A stretch of 64,000 nt of DNA from an uncultured candidate division Zixibacteria bacterium (GTDB taxonomy: Bacteria; Zixibacteria; MSB-5A5; GN15; FEB-12), in the NCBI GenBank assembly GCA_963735035.1, contig CAVTJJ010000003.1, forward strand, positions 32,001 to 96,000. Direction: 5' to 3'. The stretch's first letter is position 1. Each line of letters begins with the position of its first letter. The position numbers and the translations under genes are program-made. The notes below the pieces were generated by a model that had not been told where the DNA came from, ran no database searches, and saw nothing but the letters and a program-made list of their open reading frames with translations. Positions 10,053 through 20,735 of the stretch are shown here, piece by piece.

Positions 10053-11137
10053 CGTATTTTCAGCGTCGCCAGCGTGAGCAGGGTGAAGAGAGCGCCGACT
10101 ATCCAATAGCGCACTACCACCTTCGACTCCGGCCAGCCTATTAGTTCAAAGTGATGATGCAGCGGGGCCATCTTGAATACGCGTTTCCCTCCCCGGTAAC
10201 GATATGACAAAACCTGGATGATCACCGAGAGGGTGGTTACTACAAATACTCCGCCGACTATCACCAACAAGAGTTCTTTCTTGAGCAAAATTGCAATCGC
10301 CCCCAAAGCACCTCCCAGCGCCAGCGAGCCGGTGTCGCCCATGAACACTTCCGCCGGATGCGAATTGAACCAGAGGAATCCCAGGGCGGAACCGACTGCC
10401 GCCCCGCAATAGATGGCCAGCTCGCCGGACCCCGGCAGGTAGTCGATCTGCAGGTACTGCGAGTAGTCGAGACGTCCGCTCAGATAGGCGATGCCGCCGA
10501 ACGCTATGAAAGAAAGCCCGCACAGACCTATTGCCAGGCCATCGAGACCGTCGGTCAGATTGACCGCGTTTGAGAATCCGGTAATCACAAATATGATGAA
10601 CGGAATGTACAACGGACCGAGAATAAGGACATAATTCTTGAAGAACGGTATTCCGGTGGTGCCGTCGTATAGCCCTCCCGGCGACATGAACAGCAGACTC
10701 AACCCGAACAGAAGGCCCAGCACTACCTGGCCAATCATCTTCTTGCGAGCCACGAGGCCGCGCGGCTGGTGCTTCATCGCCTTGAGATAGTCGTCCATGA
10801 AACCGATAGCGCCGAGCCAGACCGTGACAAAAAGAACCGCCCAGACGAAATAGTTGGTGAGGTTGGCCCAGAGCAGGGTCGGAATGATAATTCCTGCCAG
10901 AACGATCAGGCCGCCCATAGTCGGCGTGCCTTCCTTCTTCTTGTGGGTAGCGGGACCCTCTTCGCGAATCCTCTCCGCCACCTGATACTTCTTGAGCAGT
11001 CGGATGAAATAGGGACCGAGGATTAGACAGATGAAGATCGCCGTGACGGTCGCACCGGCAGTGCGAAATGTAATATAGCGGAAGAGATTGAAAACGGAAA
11101 AATGCTGCGCCAACGGATACAACAGATGATAGAACAT
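10049..11137 (-). CDS. mraY: phospho-N-acetylmuramoyl-pentapeptide transferase
   Basis: KKEGTPTMGG, NAVNLTDGLDGL, FMGDTGS, MAPLHHHFE. Confidence 0.98.
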   Translation of the reverse strand: MFYHLLYPLAQHFSVFNLFRYITFRTAGATVTAIFICLILGPYFIRLLKKYQVAERIREEGPATHKKKEGTPTMGGLIVLAGIIIPTLLWANLTNYFVWAVLFVTVWLGAIGFMDDYLKAMKHQPRGLVARKKMIGQVVLGLLFGLSLLFMSPGGLYDGTTGIPFFKNYVLILGPLYIPFIIFVITGFSNAVNLTDGLDGLAIGLCGLSFIAFGGIAYLSGRLDYSQYLQIDYLPGSGELAIYCGAAVGSALGFLWFNSHPAEVFMGDTGSLALGGALGAIAILLKKELLLVIVGGVFVVTTLSVIIQVLSYRYRGGKRVFKMAPLHHHFELIGWPESKVVVRYWIVGALFTLLTLATLKIR

Positions 11138-12525
11138 CAGGACCTCTTCTCTTCCGCGCAGAACTTCAGAACCGCTTCGAGTCCGATACCCCGCGATCCC
11201 TTGATATAGACCAGATCACCCGGCCGTAACAGTGTCTCTGCTGATAGAGCACACGAGGCAGCATCGACAAAGTGATGCAATTGTGACGCTTTCATTCCGG
11301 CAGCCAGAGCGGTGTCGGCGGTGTGACGTGACATCGGACCGACCACCATGACCAGGGGGAACGACTGGGCGGCCAGCAAGACGCCTATCTCACGGTGAAA
11401 CGCCGCCGATGCCTCCCCCAGTTCCAGCATGTCGCCCAGTATTACGACTTTGCGCCCGGTGTGGGGATACTGCGAGAACGATTTCAGCCCAGCCTTGACC
11501 GATTCCGGATTAGCATTGTAGCAATCGGCCACAATTGTCATACCGGCGGCTTCTATGATTTCGCCCCGCATAGCGGCGGTCGAAAGCGGGATTGAGAGAG
11601 TGTCTACAGTTTTGAAATTGCAGCCGACCGACCGGGCAATGGCGTATGCAGCCAGCAGATTGTACACCTGGTACTCGCCAAACAGTGGCAGGCGGAAGCG
11701 ATGCCCTTCAATCGCAACTTCCATGCCGGTCGCAGTTGATTCTATCGAATCAGGATGAAAGTCGGCATTAGTGCGAAGACCAAATGTGGTTGGCTGTGTT
11801 CCTACTGCGACCACTTCCTTCATCAGTACCGGGTCGTCGGCATTGACTACTAACGCGGCATTTGACGCGGCATATTTCATCGCGCTCAACTTTTCGCGCG
11901 CAACGTCTTCTACCGTCCCAAGAAATTCAAGATGTGTAGGGCCGACATTGGTCACCGCCAACACATGCGGCTTCACGAGTGACGCCAGGCGATTCATTTC
12001 GCCGGGCACCGAGATGCCCATTTCGAGCACCGCCCAGCGAGTCTCTTTCGGCATCGAGAACAGGGCCAACGGAATACCGAAGAGATTGTTGAAGTTTCCC
12101 GGAGAGCGATAGACAGCCGGGTCAAAGGCTGTCAGAAGTCGATAGGTGAATTCTTTCGTGGTCGTCTTGCCGTTCGATCCCGTTATGCCGAGGCGCCAGG
12201 CCGGAATCGTCGCCAGATATTCGCCCGCAAGCCGAATCATGGCAGCATGCGTATCTTCTACCTCTACTACTGCGATACCGTCAGGAAGTGGCTTGTCAAT
12301 GAAGTGCTTATTACTAACCACAAGGCCTGCGGCGTGGCGGGCAATTACCTGATCGATATACCGATGCCCATCCTGGCGTTCACCCTTGATGGCGAAGAAC
12401 AATTGCCCGGTTTCGATAGAACGACTATCGGTCGACACTCCCGTGAACGAACGGGAGCCGAGGTCGGCGGTGCGAAGTTGTCCGCCGGTCATGGCGGCTA
12501 GTTGGTCGAAACGCAACGTAATCAC
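11137..12525 (-). CDS. murF: UDP-MurNAc-tripeptide--D-Ala-D-Ala ligase
   Basis: GITGSNGKTTTKE, DCYNANPES, LGDMLELG, KGSRG. Confidence 0.97.
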   Translation of the reverse strand: MITLRFDQLAAMTGGQLRTADLGSRSFTGVSTDSRSIETGQLFFAIKGERQDGHRYIDQVIARHAAGLVVSNKHFIDKPLPDGIAVVEVEDTHAAMIRLAGEYLATIPAWRLGITGSNGKTTTKEFTYRLLTAFDPAVYRSPGNFNNLFGIPLALFSMPKETRWAVLEMGISVPGEMNRLASLVKPHVLAVTNVGPTHLEFLGTVEDVAREKLSAMKYAASNAALVVNADDPVLMKEVVAVGTQPTTFGLRTNADFHPDSIESTATGMEVAIEGHRFRLPLFGEYQVYNLLAAYAIARSVGCNFKTVDTLSIPLSTAAMRGEIIEAAGMTIVADCYNANPESVKAGLKSFSQYPHTGRKVVILGDMLELGEASAAFHREIGVLLAAQSFPLVMVVGPMSRHTADTALAAGMKASQLHHFVDAASCALSAETLLRPGDLVYIKGSRGIGLEAVLKFCAEEKRS

Positions 12526-14007
12526 CTCTCCTCGACCGCTCCAGATAGTTTGAATCCCATGCGGCCCAGCGCCGCGACGGCTTCTTCTGAATCGCTGAAC
12601 GGGAACTTTTCGCCCTTGATTTCCTGATACGGTTCGGCCCCTTTGCCGGCCAACAGGACGGCATCGCCGGGTCCCGCCTGTTTCAGAATCGTCTCGATCG
12701 CCTTGCGACGGTCGATGACGATTTCATAATTGTATCCGGACAGCCCCGGTTTGATATCGTTTATGATCGCCTCGGGGTCTTCTGATCGGGGATTGTCCGA
12801 CGTGACAACAACGTAGTGGGCGTTTTCGACCGCCGCTTGGGCCATTAGTGGGCGCTTCCCTTTGTCGCGGTCACCGCCGCAACCAAAGAGCAGGAACAAG
12901 CGACCGTCGTTGATTTCGCGTACTGTCTCGCACAGACGGATGATCGCATCGGGGGTGTGAGCGTAGTCGACATACACGGCAAATGGCTGGCCGCAATCAA
13001 TCGTGTTCAGGCGACCCGGAATCGGCAGAGTATCTTCGAGACCGGTCACAACACTGTCGATATCGACTCCTGCCGCCAGACCACCACCCGCCGCCGCCAG
13101 AGCGTTTTGAAGATTGAACCTGCCCGGTAATTTGAGGTTTACGGTTCGATTTCCCATGGGAGTGACGAGATCGAAGATCGTTCCGGTCGGTTTCAAGTCG
13201 AAGTCGCCGCAATGGATGTCGGCCTTACGGTCGCGCAACGAATATGACATGTGCGAACAGTTCAATTCGCCGAACAGCGGTCGGAATTCTTCGACATCGA
13301 GATTGACCACCGCATAGCTCAGTTCGCCGGTGAGTTTTCGCGCCAGACGGAACTTCGCCTGCGCATAGTCTTCCATCGTCTTGTGAAAATCGAGATGATC
13401 CCGGGTCAGGTTCGTGTAGACCGCCACCCGGAAATCGACATGATCCACGCGATTGAGCATCAGCGCATGCGAAGAAACTTCCATGACGACATTGACACAA
13501 AAATTCCGCTTCATCAGAAAGAGCAGACGCTGAATGTCGAGCGATTCCGGAGTCGTGCGTTCGGCGGCGAATTTCTCACGGCCGGTATCGTACACTAGCG
13601 AGCAGATCAACCCGGTGGTCTTGTTGCGCGCCAGCATCATGTTGCGAATCATGAAACAGGTAGTGGTCTTGCCATTAGTGCCGGTGACACCACACGCTTT
13701 GATGCGCTGCCCCGGGAAACCGTAGAAGGTCGCCGCAGTCGTCGCCATCGCCGAACGCATATCCGGCACCTGAACGTGATTCGCTACCCCATCGCAGCTT
13801 CGAACGCTCGCCCATCACCGCCACCGCGCCCCGCTCGACTGCGTCTTTCACATAGTCATAGCCGTCCTGCTTGAAACCCTTGACGGCAAAGAAGAGCGAT
13901 CCGGGCTTGATCAGGCGCGAGTCATACTCGACCTGGGCGATTTCGACTGCGCCGTCGCCGGTCAGGCTGGCCCCTTCGATCGAGGCTATGAGCTGCTGGA
14001 GGTTAAT
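12522..14007 (-). CDS. murE: UDP-MurNAc-dipeptide--meso-DAP ligase (frameshift near 13800; apparent ATT start)
   Basis: N-terminal YDSR..LFFAVKG..DG in ORF 13675-14049; GVTGTNGKTT, VDYAHTPD, DNPR in ORF 12522-13769. Confidence 0.93.
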
Positions 14008-16103
14008 GAATCGCTCCTTTCCTGACTCGGTCCGCAGATCAACTGACAATTAAGATCGGCGGTGACGGCCTTGCCCGGAGGTACCGACTGCGATGTCACA
14101 CAGCCGGAACCGACTATCGTGTAATTGATACCCAGAAATTCAAGAAAGGCGGTGGCGCGACGAATGGTTTCACCGCGAAGATCGATCATGGCCGGAAGAC
14201 TCCCCCCCGGCAGCATCACCGCCACGACAACTGAGTCCTTGCTCAGAATCTGACGGTCGGCGGCCGGGTACTGCCAGACGATCACACCGCGTGAGCTATC
14301 GCACTTGAGGGTCACGCCCTGGCTCTTCGCCAACATACGGGCCTGGTATATATCACGTCCCACAAAGTCCGGTACTTCGACCGTCAGCGTGGCCGGGCGT
14401 GGTCTCTTTTCGCAAATCCGTTCGCTGGCGGCGAAGAGGTCCGGATGCGACACCGTATACCGTTCCGCTATGTGACGGAACGCCTTGCCTGAGGTCAGAC
14501 CGCCGTAGGTGATCGGCTTCGGATCCTTAAGCGCCACGATACCGGCGATCACCGGCGCCTCGGCCGGGAAGAAACCGCAGAAGGAAGCCATGAACTTGTG
14601 CTGGTAATAACCGCCCTGTTCCAGGTTCGGCAATTGGGCGGTACCGGTCTTGCCGGCGATATTGACGAAGTCGGAATTGACCAGCTTGCCGGTGCCGTTT
14701 TCGACCACACCGCGCATGAAGGCTCGCAGCGTGTCGGCTGAGACTCTTGTTTAGGGCGGTGCCGATGACTTTCGGCTCGCCGGTACGCCGGACGTACCCA
14801 TCTTTGTCAACATACCCAAGTATCAGGTGCGGTTCGAAAAGCTGGCCCCCGTTGGCTATCGCCGCCACGGCATTTGACATTTGCAGGCAGGTGGTAGCCA
14901 CTGAATGGCCCATCGCCAGACGCCGCCACGTTGAAATCCGACCAGACCTGAGGCGGATGCAGTGAGCCCTTTGGTTTCGCCGGGGAAACCGAGCCCGGTT
15001 CTCTTGCCGAATCCAAACTTGCGATAGGTGTCGATCAGCGCGGGACCTTCCACCAATTGGGCACACTTACCCAGACCTATGTTACTGGAGAGTTCGATGA
15101 TCTGACGGAAATTGAGAAGACCGTGCTTCTTGTCGTCGGCCAGTGTGCGTGGCCGATGCGCCACAGACCGTTTTCACAGTAGACTTGCTGATTGAAATTG
15201 ATCACGCCGGCGTCGAGCAAAGCCGCCGCAGTAAATGGCTTGAACGCGGAGCCGGGCTCGAACTGATCCGAGAGGGCGTACAATTTGGTGGGCCGTTCCG
15301 GATCTTTCTCGAGCGGATCATAGTGGGCAATCGCCAGAATCTCACCGGTCGTGCAATCCATGAAAGCGGCCATGCCCAATTGAGCATTGAAAGAATCAAC
15401 CGCGGCTTCGAGCTCCTGCTCGACAATCTCCTGCAGACCCCAGTCGATGGTCAGCACCACCGACTGCCCCGGATCGGGTTTCAGCAATGCCTGCTCGCGG
15501 ATCCGATAGGTGTTGCGCTGTCCGTCGCGACTGATATCCGCGTATCCAGTCGGTTCCGCTCAAGAGCGAGTCGTAGGCCAGTTCGAAACCTGACAGTCCA
15601 ACATTGTCGATGTTGGTGTAGCCGAGCACCTGACGTCCGACCAGCCCGAACGGATACTGACGCGTCATTTCGGTGCGAAGATAGAGCCCGGGCGGAGCTT
15701 CTTTTTCGATTCGGGCGGCCAGCCGGTCATCGAGCTGGCGCTCGATCCAGCGAAATCGATTGGCCTCAATCTTGTACTTCTTGACCGCCTCGCCCTTGCG
15801 AAGCGTGAACACTTTGTCGAGATACGCCGCAATCGCGGTCGCTTCGGCCTTTGACGACGGATGGGCGTACAGCGCCTGACGCGTCACATTCTTGGAGACG
15901 ACCCGCCCGTAGCGGTCGTAGATCATCCCCCGTTCGGCCGGGATGGGAATGCGGCCGGTCGATTGCTTTTCGACAATCGCGCTGTACTCAGCCGCATCGA
16001 CAATCTGGAACTGGACCAATCTGGCTATCGCCAGACCCAGGAATAAGACCACGGCGACCAACATCAACCCCAGCCGGATTCGTTCCATTTTCGTGCGGTT
16101 CAT
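13986..16103 (-). CDS. ftsI: penicillin-binding protein 3 / FtsI with C-terminal PASTA domains (about five frameshifts)
   Basis: consecutive ORF fragments give AERGMIYDR, RQYP, LTID, EPGSAFK (SxxK), SSN, AGKTGT and PASTA-like VPDFVG. Confidence 0.92.
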
Positions 16104-16603
16104 TCCCCCGACTCTCCCTCTTCGTATTCTATTGTATCAAATCTGATGGGCTGAAGTTCCTGCGCCGTGGCACGAGCTTCGGTCCGCTCCGGGAGATATT
16201 CGGCGACGCGCCTGATCGACGTTATCATCGCCGCCAGTTCATCCGGGGATTTGACTTCTTTCTCCCAGGGTTCGAGGACGTAGCTGTCTGATGGCTGTAT
16301 CCGCTGCAAGCCGAGAGAGTCGACCGCGTACTTTTCGATACGGGTCGTCATTGACAGACCCGTGATTTCACTCTGGACCTTGTGGCCGTCGTCCACCAGA
16401 CCCCGGTTTTCTTTTTCGAGCAGAGACACTTCCTTGACAAGCGACAGCACCACGACCCGCTGCCAGACATGGACACAGGCAGCCGCCGTAAGAAGTACGG
16501 CAATCACGGCTATCGGGAAATAGCGGTGGGAACGAAGCCGCTTAAGCGGCATCGAGCGCATTTCCACCGTTTCGTTGTAGCTTCGAAGGGTACGCGGTTT
16601 CAT
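16100..16603 (-). CDS. ftsL: cell division protein FtsL-like
   Basis: single TM plus coiled coil, RIEKYAVDSLGL; between rsmH and ftsI. Confidence 0.7.
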   Translation of the reverse strand: MKPRTLRSYNETVEMRSMPLKRLRSHRYFPIAVIAVLLTAAACVHVWQRVVVLSLVKEVSLLEKENRGLVDDGHKVQSEITGLSMTTRIEKYAVDSLGLQRIQPSDSYVLEPWEKEVKSPDELAAMITSIRRVAEYLPERTEARATAQELQPIRFDTIEYEEGESGE

Positions 16604-17550
16604 GCCAGCCTCTCCGCTACCCGAAGGCGGGCCGACCGGGCCCGTGAATTGGAAGCTATTTCAGAATCTGTCGGCTCTACCGGATGACGCGTTACCATCT
16701 TCATGGTGGGCGTCGCTCCGCAAACACATTGCGCCAGCTCCGGCGGACAGGTGCAGCGTCCTTTGACTTCCTGCTGGAAGAACCGTTTGACGATACGATC
16801 CTCCAGGGAATGATACGAGATGACCGCCAGGCGTCCGCCCGGCTTCAATAGGGAAAGGGCGACAGGTAAGACACGGCTTAGTTGCTCGAGTTCACGGTTG
16901 ACCGCAATCCGCAAAGCCTGGAACACACGCGCCAGGGCCTTGGTCTCATGCGGCGGTCTGACAACCGAGAGTACGATATCTCTGAGCTGTGCGGTGGTGA
17001 GGATCATCCCTCTCTGTCTTTCCTTGACAATGGCCACGGCAATCCCTGCGGCCTGCCGCTCCTCTCCGTATTCTCTCAAAATCTTCCTAAGTTCGTCCTC
17101 CGACAGACGGTTGACCAGATCGGCGGCCGAGGTTCCCGACGACGGATCAAAACGCATGTCGAGCGGTCCGTCGAAACGAAACGATATACCTCTGGTAGAA
17201 TCGTCGAGCTGGTAAGACGAGATGCCCAGATCCAGCAGGATACCATCGAACCGGTCCTCTTCTATCCCTCTGACAGCGCGTCCGATGTCGGCAAAGGCGG
17301 TGTGTAGGACACCCCGGAACTGGCTGGTCGCATTAAGTGCCCTGCCGGTGCGTTCCACCGCCTCCGGGTCAACATCGGCTCCGTATATCCTGGCGGACGA
17401 GTCGAGGCGGGAGGCCAGAGCGAGTAAATGGCCACCGCCGCCTGCGGTCAAATCGAGGTAGATGCCCTTATTGTCAGTAATCAGCAGTTCGGCCACTACA
17501 TCAGCCATCACTGGCTGATGCTGGCCGGCGTCACGCCTCTGACCCGCCAT
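16600..17550 (-). CDS. rsmH: 16S rRNA m4C1402 methyltransferase
   Basis: HQPVM, DLTAGGGGH, DLGISSYQLD, PLDMR, ISYHSLEDRIVK, RARSARLR. Confidence 0.97.
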   Translation of the reverse strand: MAGQRRDAGQHQPVMADVVAELLITDNKGIYLDLTAGGGGHLLALASRLDSSARIYGADVDPEAVERTGRALNATSQFRGVLHTAFADIGRAVRGIEEDRFDGILLDLGISSYQLDDSTRGISFRFDGPLDMRFDPSSGTSAADLVNRLSEDELRKILREYGEERQAAGIAVAIVKERQRGMILTTAQLRDIVLSVVRPPHETKALARVFQALRIAVNRELEQLSRVLPVALSLLKPGGRLAVISYHSLEDRIVKRFFQQEVKGRCTCPPELAQCVCGATPTMKMVTRHPVEPTDSEIASNSRARSARLRVAERLA

Positions 17551-18004
17551 CGCCGGTAAACAACTTAGCAGCCACATCTTCATAGCTGCCGGCGAACTTT
17601 TCCATGTAGTACTTGAGCAGTTGAGGATTCCAGATTTCAATCCAGCGATTGACACCCAGGACCGCGACCTCTTTTTCGAGATCGGCCTCGGCCATCAGAT
17701 GCGCCGGAATGAGGATGCGGCCAGTCTTGTCCGCAGCCACCGGAGCAGCGAAGGAATAGAAACGTCGGCTGAATGAACGGTACCCCGGATTGGTGAATTC
17801 GAGAGTCGACATCCGTTGCTGAATGGCATCCCATTCCACCTGCGGGTATATCGCCAAACAACCTTCGAGACCTTTGGTGAGAAAAATGTCCCCTGATAGA
17901 ATGGGCTTTCCGGAATCATCGGTGACGCTTCTGAGCTTGGCCGGCAAAATGCACCGTCCCTTCTCATCAAGCGTCGTCGAGTATCTTCCAAAAAACCCGG
18001 TCAA
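17531..18004 (-). CDS. mraZ: division/cell wall cluster transcriptional repressor MraZ (likely TTG start 18004)
   Basis: LDEKGRCILP and DKTGRILIP AbrB-like repeats, IEIW; GGAGG SD 5 nt before TTG. Confidence 0.95.
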   Translation of the reverse strand: MTGFFGRYSTTLDEKGRCILPAKLRSVTDDSGKPILSGDIFLTKGLEGCLAIYPQVEWDAIQQRMSTLEFTNPGYRSFSRRFYSFAAPVAADKTGRILIPAHLMAEADLEKEVAVLGVNRWIEIWNPQLLKYYMEKFAGSYEDVAAKLFTGDGGSEA

Positions 18005-18012
18005 GGCATCCT

Positions 18013-18075
18013 CCACTACTTACCACAAGCACCCAAATCTTGCTCGAATTTCACCGTTTCTCCCACTCAAGTCAA
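18013..18075 (-). promoter_or_regulatory. dcw promoter with MraZ operator repeats
   Basis: GTGG/TTGG boxes at 18016, 18026, 18036 and 18066 (10-bp phasing); TTGACT -35 at 18075. Confidence 0.6.
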
Positions 18076-18370
18076 GTGGTTTTTTCTAGAAATTACCACC
18101 CCTAAGTGGCCTTTTTGCAATGAGTAATGAGGGAACAATTTCCTCGATCGGTCAAGTGGCCGTCCCACAAACGTCAACGGCTCCTCCCCACTTCGCCTCT
18201 GGATCGGCGAAATTATGGTAAGACCCCACCAAATATTGAGTTAATCCCATATTCCTATAGACTGGTCAATCAGAAGAATATTCCTACCCGCCCCGGGACA
18301 ACTCCCGCAAGTAGCTGCTAACCAAATCGTTACAAGTCGTCAATTTGCGATTATGGGTCCGATTTGGCAA

Positions 18371-18386
18371 GGGCACTGGCATTGCA
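18371..18386 (+). promoter_or_regulatory. candidate sigma54 promoter of the C25 peptidase gene
   Basis: GGGCACTGGCATTGCA = GG-N10-GC, 21 nt before the ATG. Confidence 0.45.
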
Positions 18387-18407
18387 CTCTGAGCGGCGGG
18401 ATTCATT

Positions 18408-20735
18408 ATGAAACTGCTGACTCAAAATGTGCTCCTTATGTTGGCCCTGGCTCTGCCGGAAGGTCTCCTCGCGGCTGAGTTGAATGAGAGCACTTGCATC
18501 TTTGACTCATCCCAACTCGTTGTTAATCATGGCACTACAACGACAATTCGTCTTGGGACAAACAACACTATTGAGGTCTTAACGGGCCTCTCGCTGCCGG
18601 TACAGTCGGCCCTGGTGCCACTGCACCCCGGCGAGAGCCCTGAAAATATTACCTTCGCCGACGGCCCCGTCACAAAAATGGGCATACTGGCTCCACATAA
18701 ACCAGTATGGGACGGGGTTACGTCGTCGGAAGATGCTTACGTCTCAGTCGAACGCGAACACAATTCATCCGCCCACCTGGGCATGCAGCCGGTGATCGTG
18801 CTCGGCGAAACGAGCGTGAACAATCAACGTTACGGCGAATTGATGATCTTCCCGGTTACGGTCGATTCGTCCGGCAGTCTTTCTCTTCATGCGTCACTGA
18901 CTATCAACATAGACGGACGCATGATCGCCGCCTCCGAATTACTTTCGCGCGATGAGATAATCGCTAACGCCAAGGACATTCGCGACGCGAGCGTTGCTGC
19001 TACCGGCTCAGAGTACTTGATCGTGACGTCGGCCGCCCTCGCCGAAGCCATGCAGCGTATGGTGAAATACAAAGTTGAAACCGGTTACAATACTGAGTTG
19101 GATACGATCGAGTCTATACTGACAACTTACTCCGGCAGAGACTATGCCGAGAAACTACGCGAACGTCTCAAAGTGTTCTATTCCGACGGCGGTCGGTATG
19201 TATTGCTGGCCGGTGACGAAACGGTATTGCCGATCAGATATGCTTATCCAAACATGGCGACGGAAATGCCGCCCCTCGATCAGATGCAGGTCTGCGATCT
19301 CTATTTCGCCGATTTGACCGGCGACTGGGACGCCGACGGCGACGGCATCTGGGGCGAGAAATACACCGACAATGTCGACCTGGTCCCCGAGCTTCTAGTT
19401 GGACGGCTCCCGATCAACACCCCGACCGAGGCCGCCAACTACATCGCCAAGCTCATTCAATATGAGACCGACCCCGGCGCGGGCGACCGCGACTATCTGG
19501 AGCGGGCTGCTTTCTTTGCGTCCGATCAGATGCGCGACTATGACGGCGGCGGCCAGCACGGAGTCATTGCGCGCACTTTCCCGAGCTGGTTTGGAATCGA
19601 TACGACTTCGGCCGTGGAACGGGCTACCGGTGACGACGCCAGCCCGTCGAACCTCGGACCTTCTGAATTGGCCCCGATTTTCGCGAACGGCTTTGGCATC
19701 ATAAATGTGGTGGCTCATGGTCGAAGCGATGGATTCGTTCTGAAATCTTCCGGCTACAACAACTGGCCCAAGACATACATCCTGACCGACAACAACGGCT
19801 CGGATCACGGCCAACTGGACGCTTTTACACCCCCGGACAAGCCCGCGTTCTATTATTCGCTCGGCTGCAATAACGGCGGGTTCGATATGGATCAGCCGCC
19901 CATGAATCAGACGAATCCGTGTATGGTCCAGGACCTCATCGGTGGACCTAGCGGAGCGGTAGGAATTGTGGCGTATTCGCGCTGGGGGTGGATCAGCTCC
20001 AGCTATCTGCTCCAGACCGCGTTCTTCGATTCGCTCTTTGCTCACCCGGAGCGACCGGCGGTCGAAGCGTTGTACGCCTCGAAAGCGGCGATCTACTACT
20101 ATCGCGACCTGGTCTACGGCCTCAACTATTTTGGAGATCCTTCTCTCAAGGTATATACCCACCGTCCGGAGAAACCGGAAATCAGCATGGCTTCCGATAG
20201 CTCGGGGTTCGGTGTAACAGTCGCTGCCGAAGGCGTGGGTCTAGCGAACTGCCGGATCATCCTCTCTCAAAACGGCGAAGTTCTGAGCGAGTTGATCGCT
20301 GATGCCGATGGCAAAACGAAAGTCGACCGTATTCTTGACCCGACCGGATTGTATCGTCTGACCGCACTGACCGACGGCGCCTGTGTCGCCATGGCCGACT
20401 TCATCCCGTCGCTCATCACTGGGGTGGATGACGAGGATACGGATTCACCTCTGCCGGATCAGTTTGCGCTACGTCAAAACTATCCCAATCCTTTCAACCC
20501 GAATACAACCATAAGCTATGATCTGCCTACGACTGCACGTGTCCGGCTGGTCGTATATAATCTTCTCGGACAGGTCGTGACCGTGCTGGCGCAGGGAATT
20601 CAGCCGGCCGGAAGTTACTCGGTTACTTGGGATGGCGACGATCGCAACGGCGCCCCGCTCGCCAGCGGAGTGTACTTCTATCGCCTGGAAACCGACCGGT
20701 TCACGTCGATCCGCAAGATGATCATGATGAAGTAA
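18408..20735 (+). CDS. secreted C25 (gingipain-like) cysteine peptidase with C-terminal FlgD-Ig/T9SS-type sorting domain
   Basis: signal peptide; YVLLAGD, DLYFADL, VGRLP, AHG and SLGC catalytic dyad, FGDPSL; C-terminal NYPNPFNP..WDG..ASGVYFYRL..KMIMMK. Confidence 0.9.
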   Translation: MKLLTQNVLLMLALALPEGLLAAELNESTCIFDSSQLVVNHGTTTTIRLGTNNTIEVLTGLSLPVQSALVPLHPGESPENITFADGPVTKMGILAPHKPVWDGVTSSEDAYVSVEREHNSSAHLGMQPVIVLGETSVNNQRYGELMIFPVTVDSSGSLSLHASLTINIDGRMIAASELLSRDEIIANAKDIRDASVAATGSEYLIVTSAALAEAMQRMVKYKVETGYNTELDTIESILTTYSGRDYAEKLRERLKVFYSDGGRYVLLAGDETVLPIRYAYPNMATEMPPLDQMQVCDLYFADLTGDWDADGDGIWGEKYTDNVDLVPELLVGRLPINTPTEAANYIAKLIQYETDPGAGDRDYLERAAFFASDQMRDYDGGGQHGVIARTFPSWFGIDTTSAVERATGDDASPSNLGPSELAPIFANGFGIINVVAHGRSDGFVLKSSGYNNWPKTYILTDNNGSDHGQLDAFTPPDKPAFYYSLGCNNGGFDMDQPPMNQTNPCMVQDLIGGPSGAVGIVAYSRWGWISSSYLLQTAFFDSLFAHPERPAVEALYASKAAIYYYRDLVYGLNYFGDPSLKVYTHRPEKPEISMASDSSGFGVTVAAEGVGLANCRIILSQNGEVLSELIADADGKTKVDRILDPTGLYRLTALTDGACVAMADFIPSLITGVDDEDTDSPLPDQFALRQNYPNPFNPNTTISYDLPTTARVRLVVYNLLGQVVTVLAQGIQPAGSYSVTWDGDDRNGAPLASGVYFYRLETDRFTSIRKMIMMK

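Noticed and set aside
13986..16103. ftsI/murE as true pseudogenes or programmed frameshifts
   Set aside because: These are essential genes with intact motifs, no clear slippery sites, and similar indels are scattered across unrelated genes.
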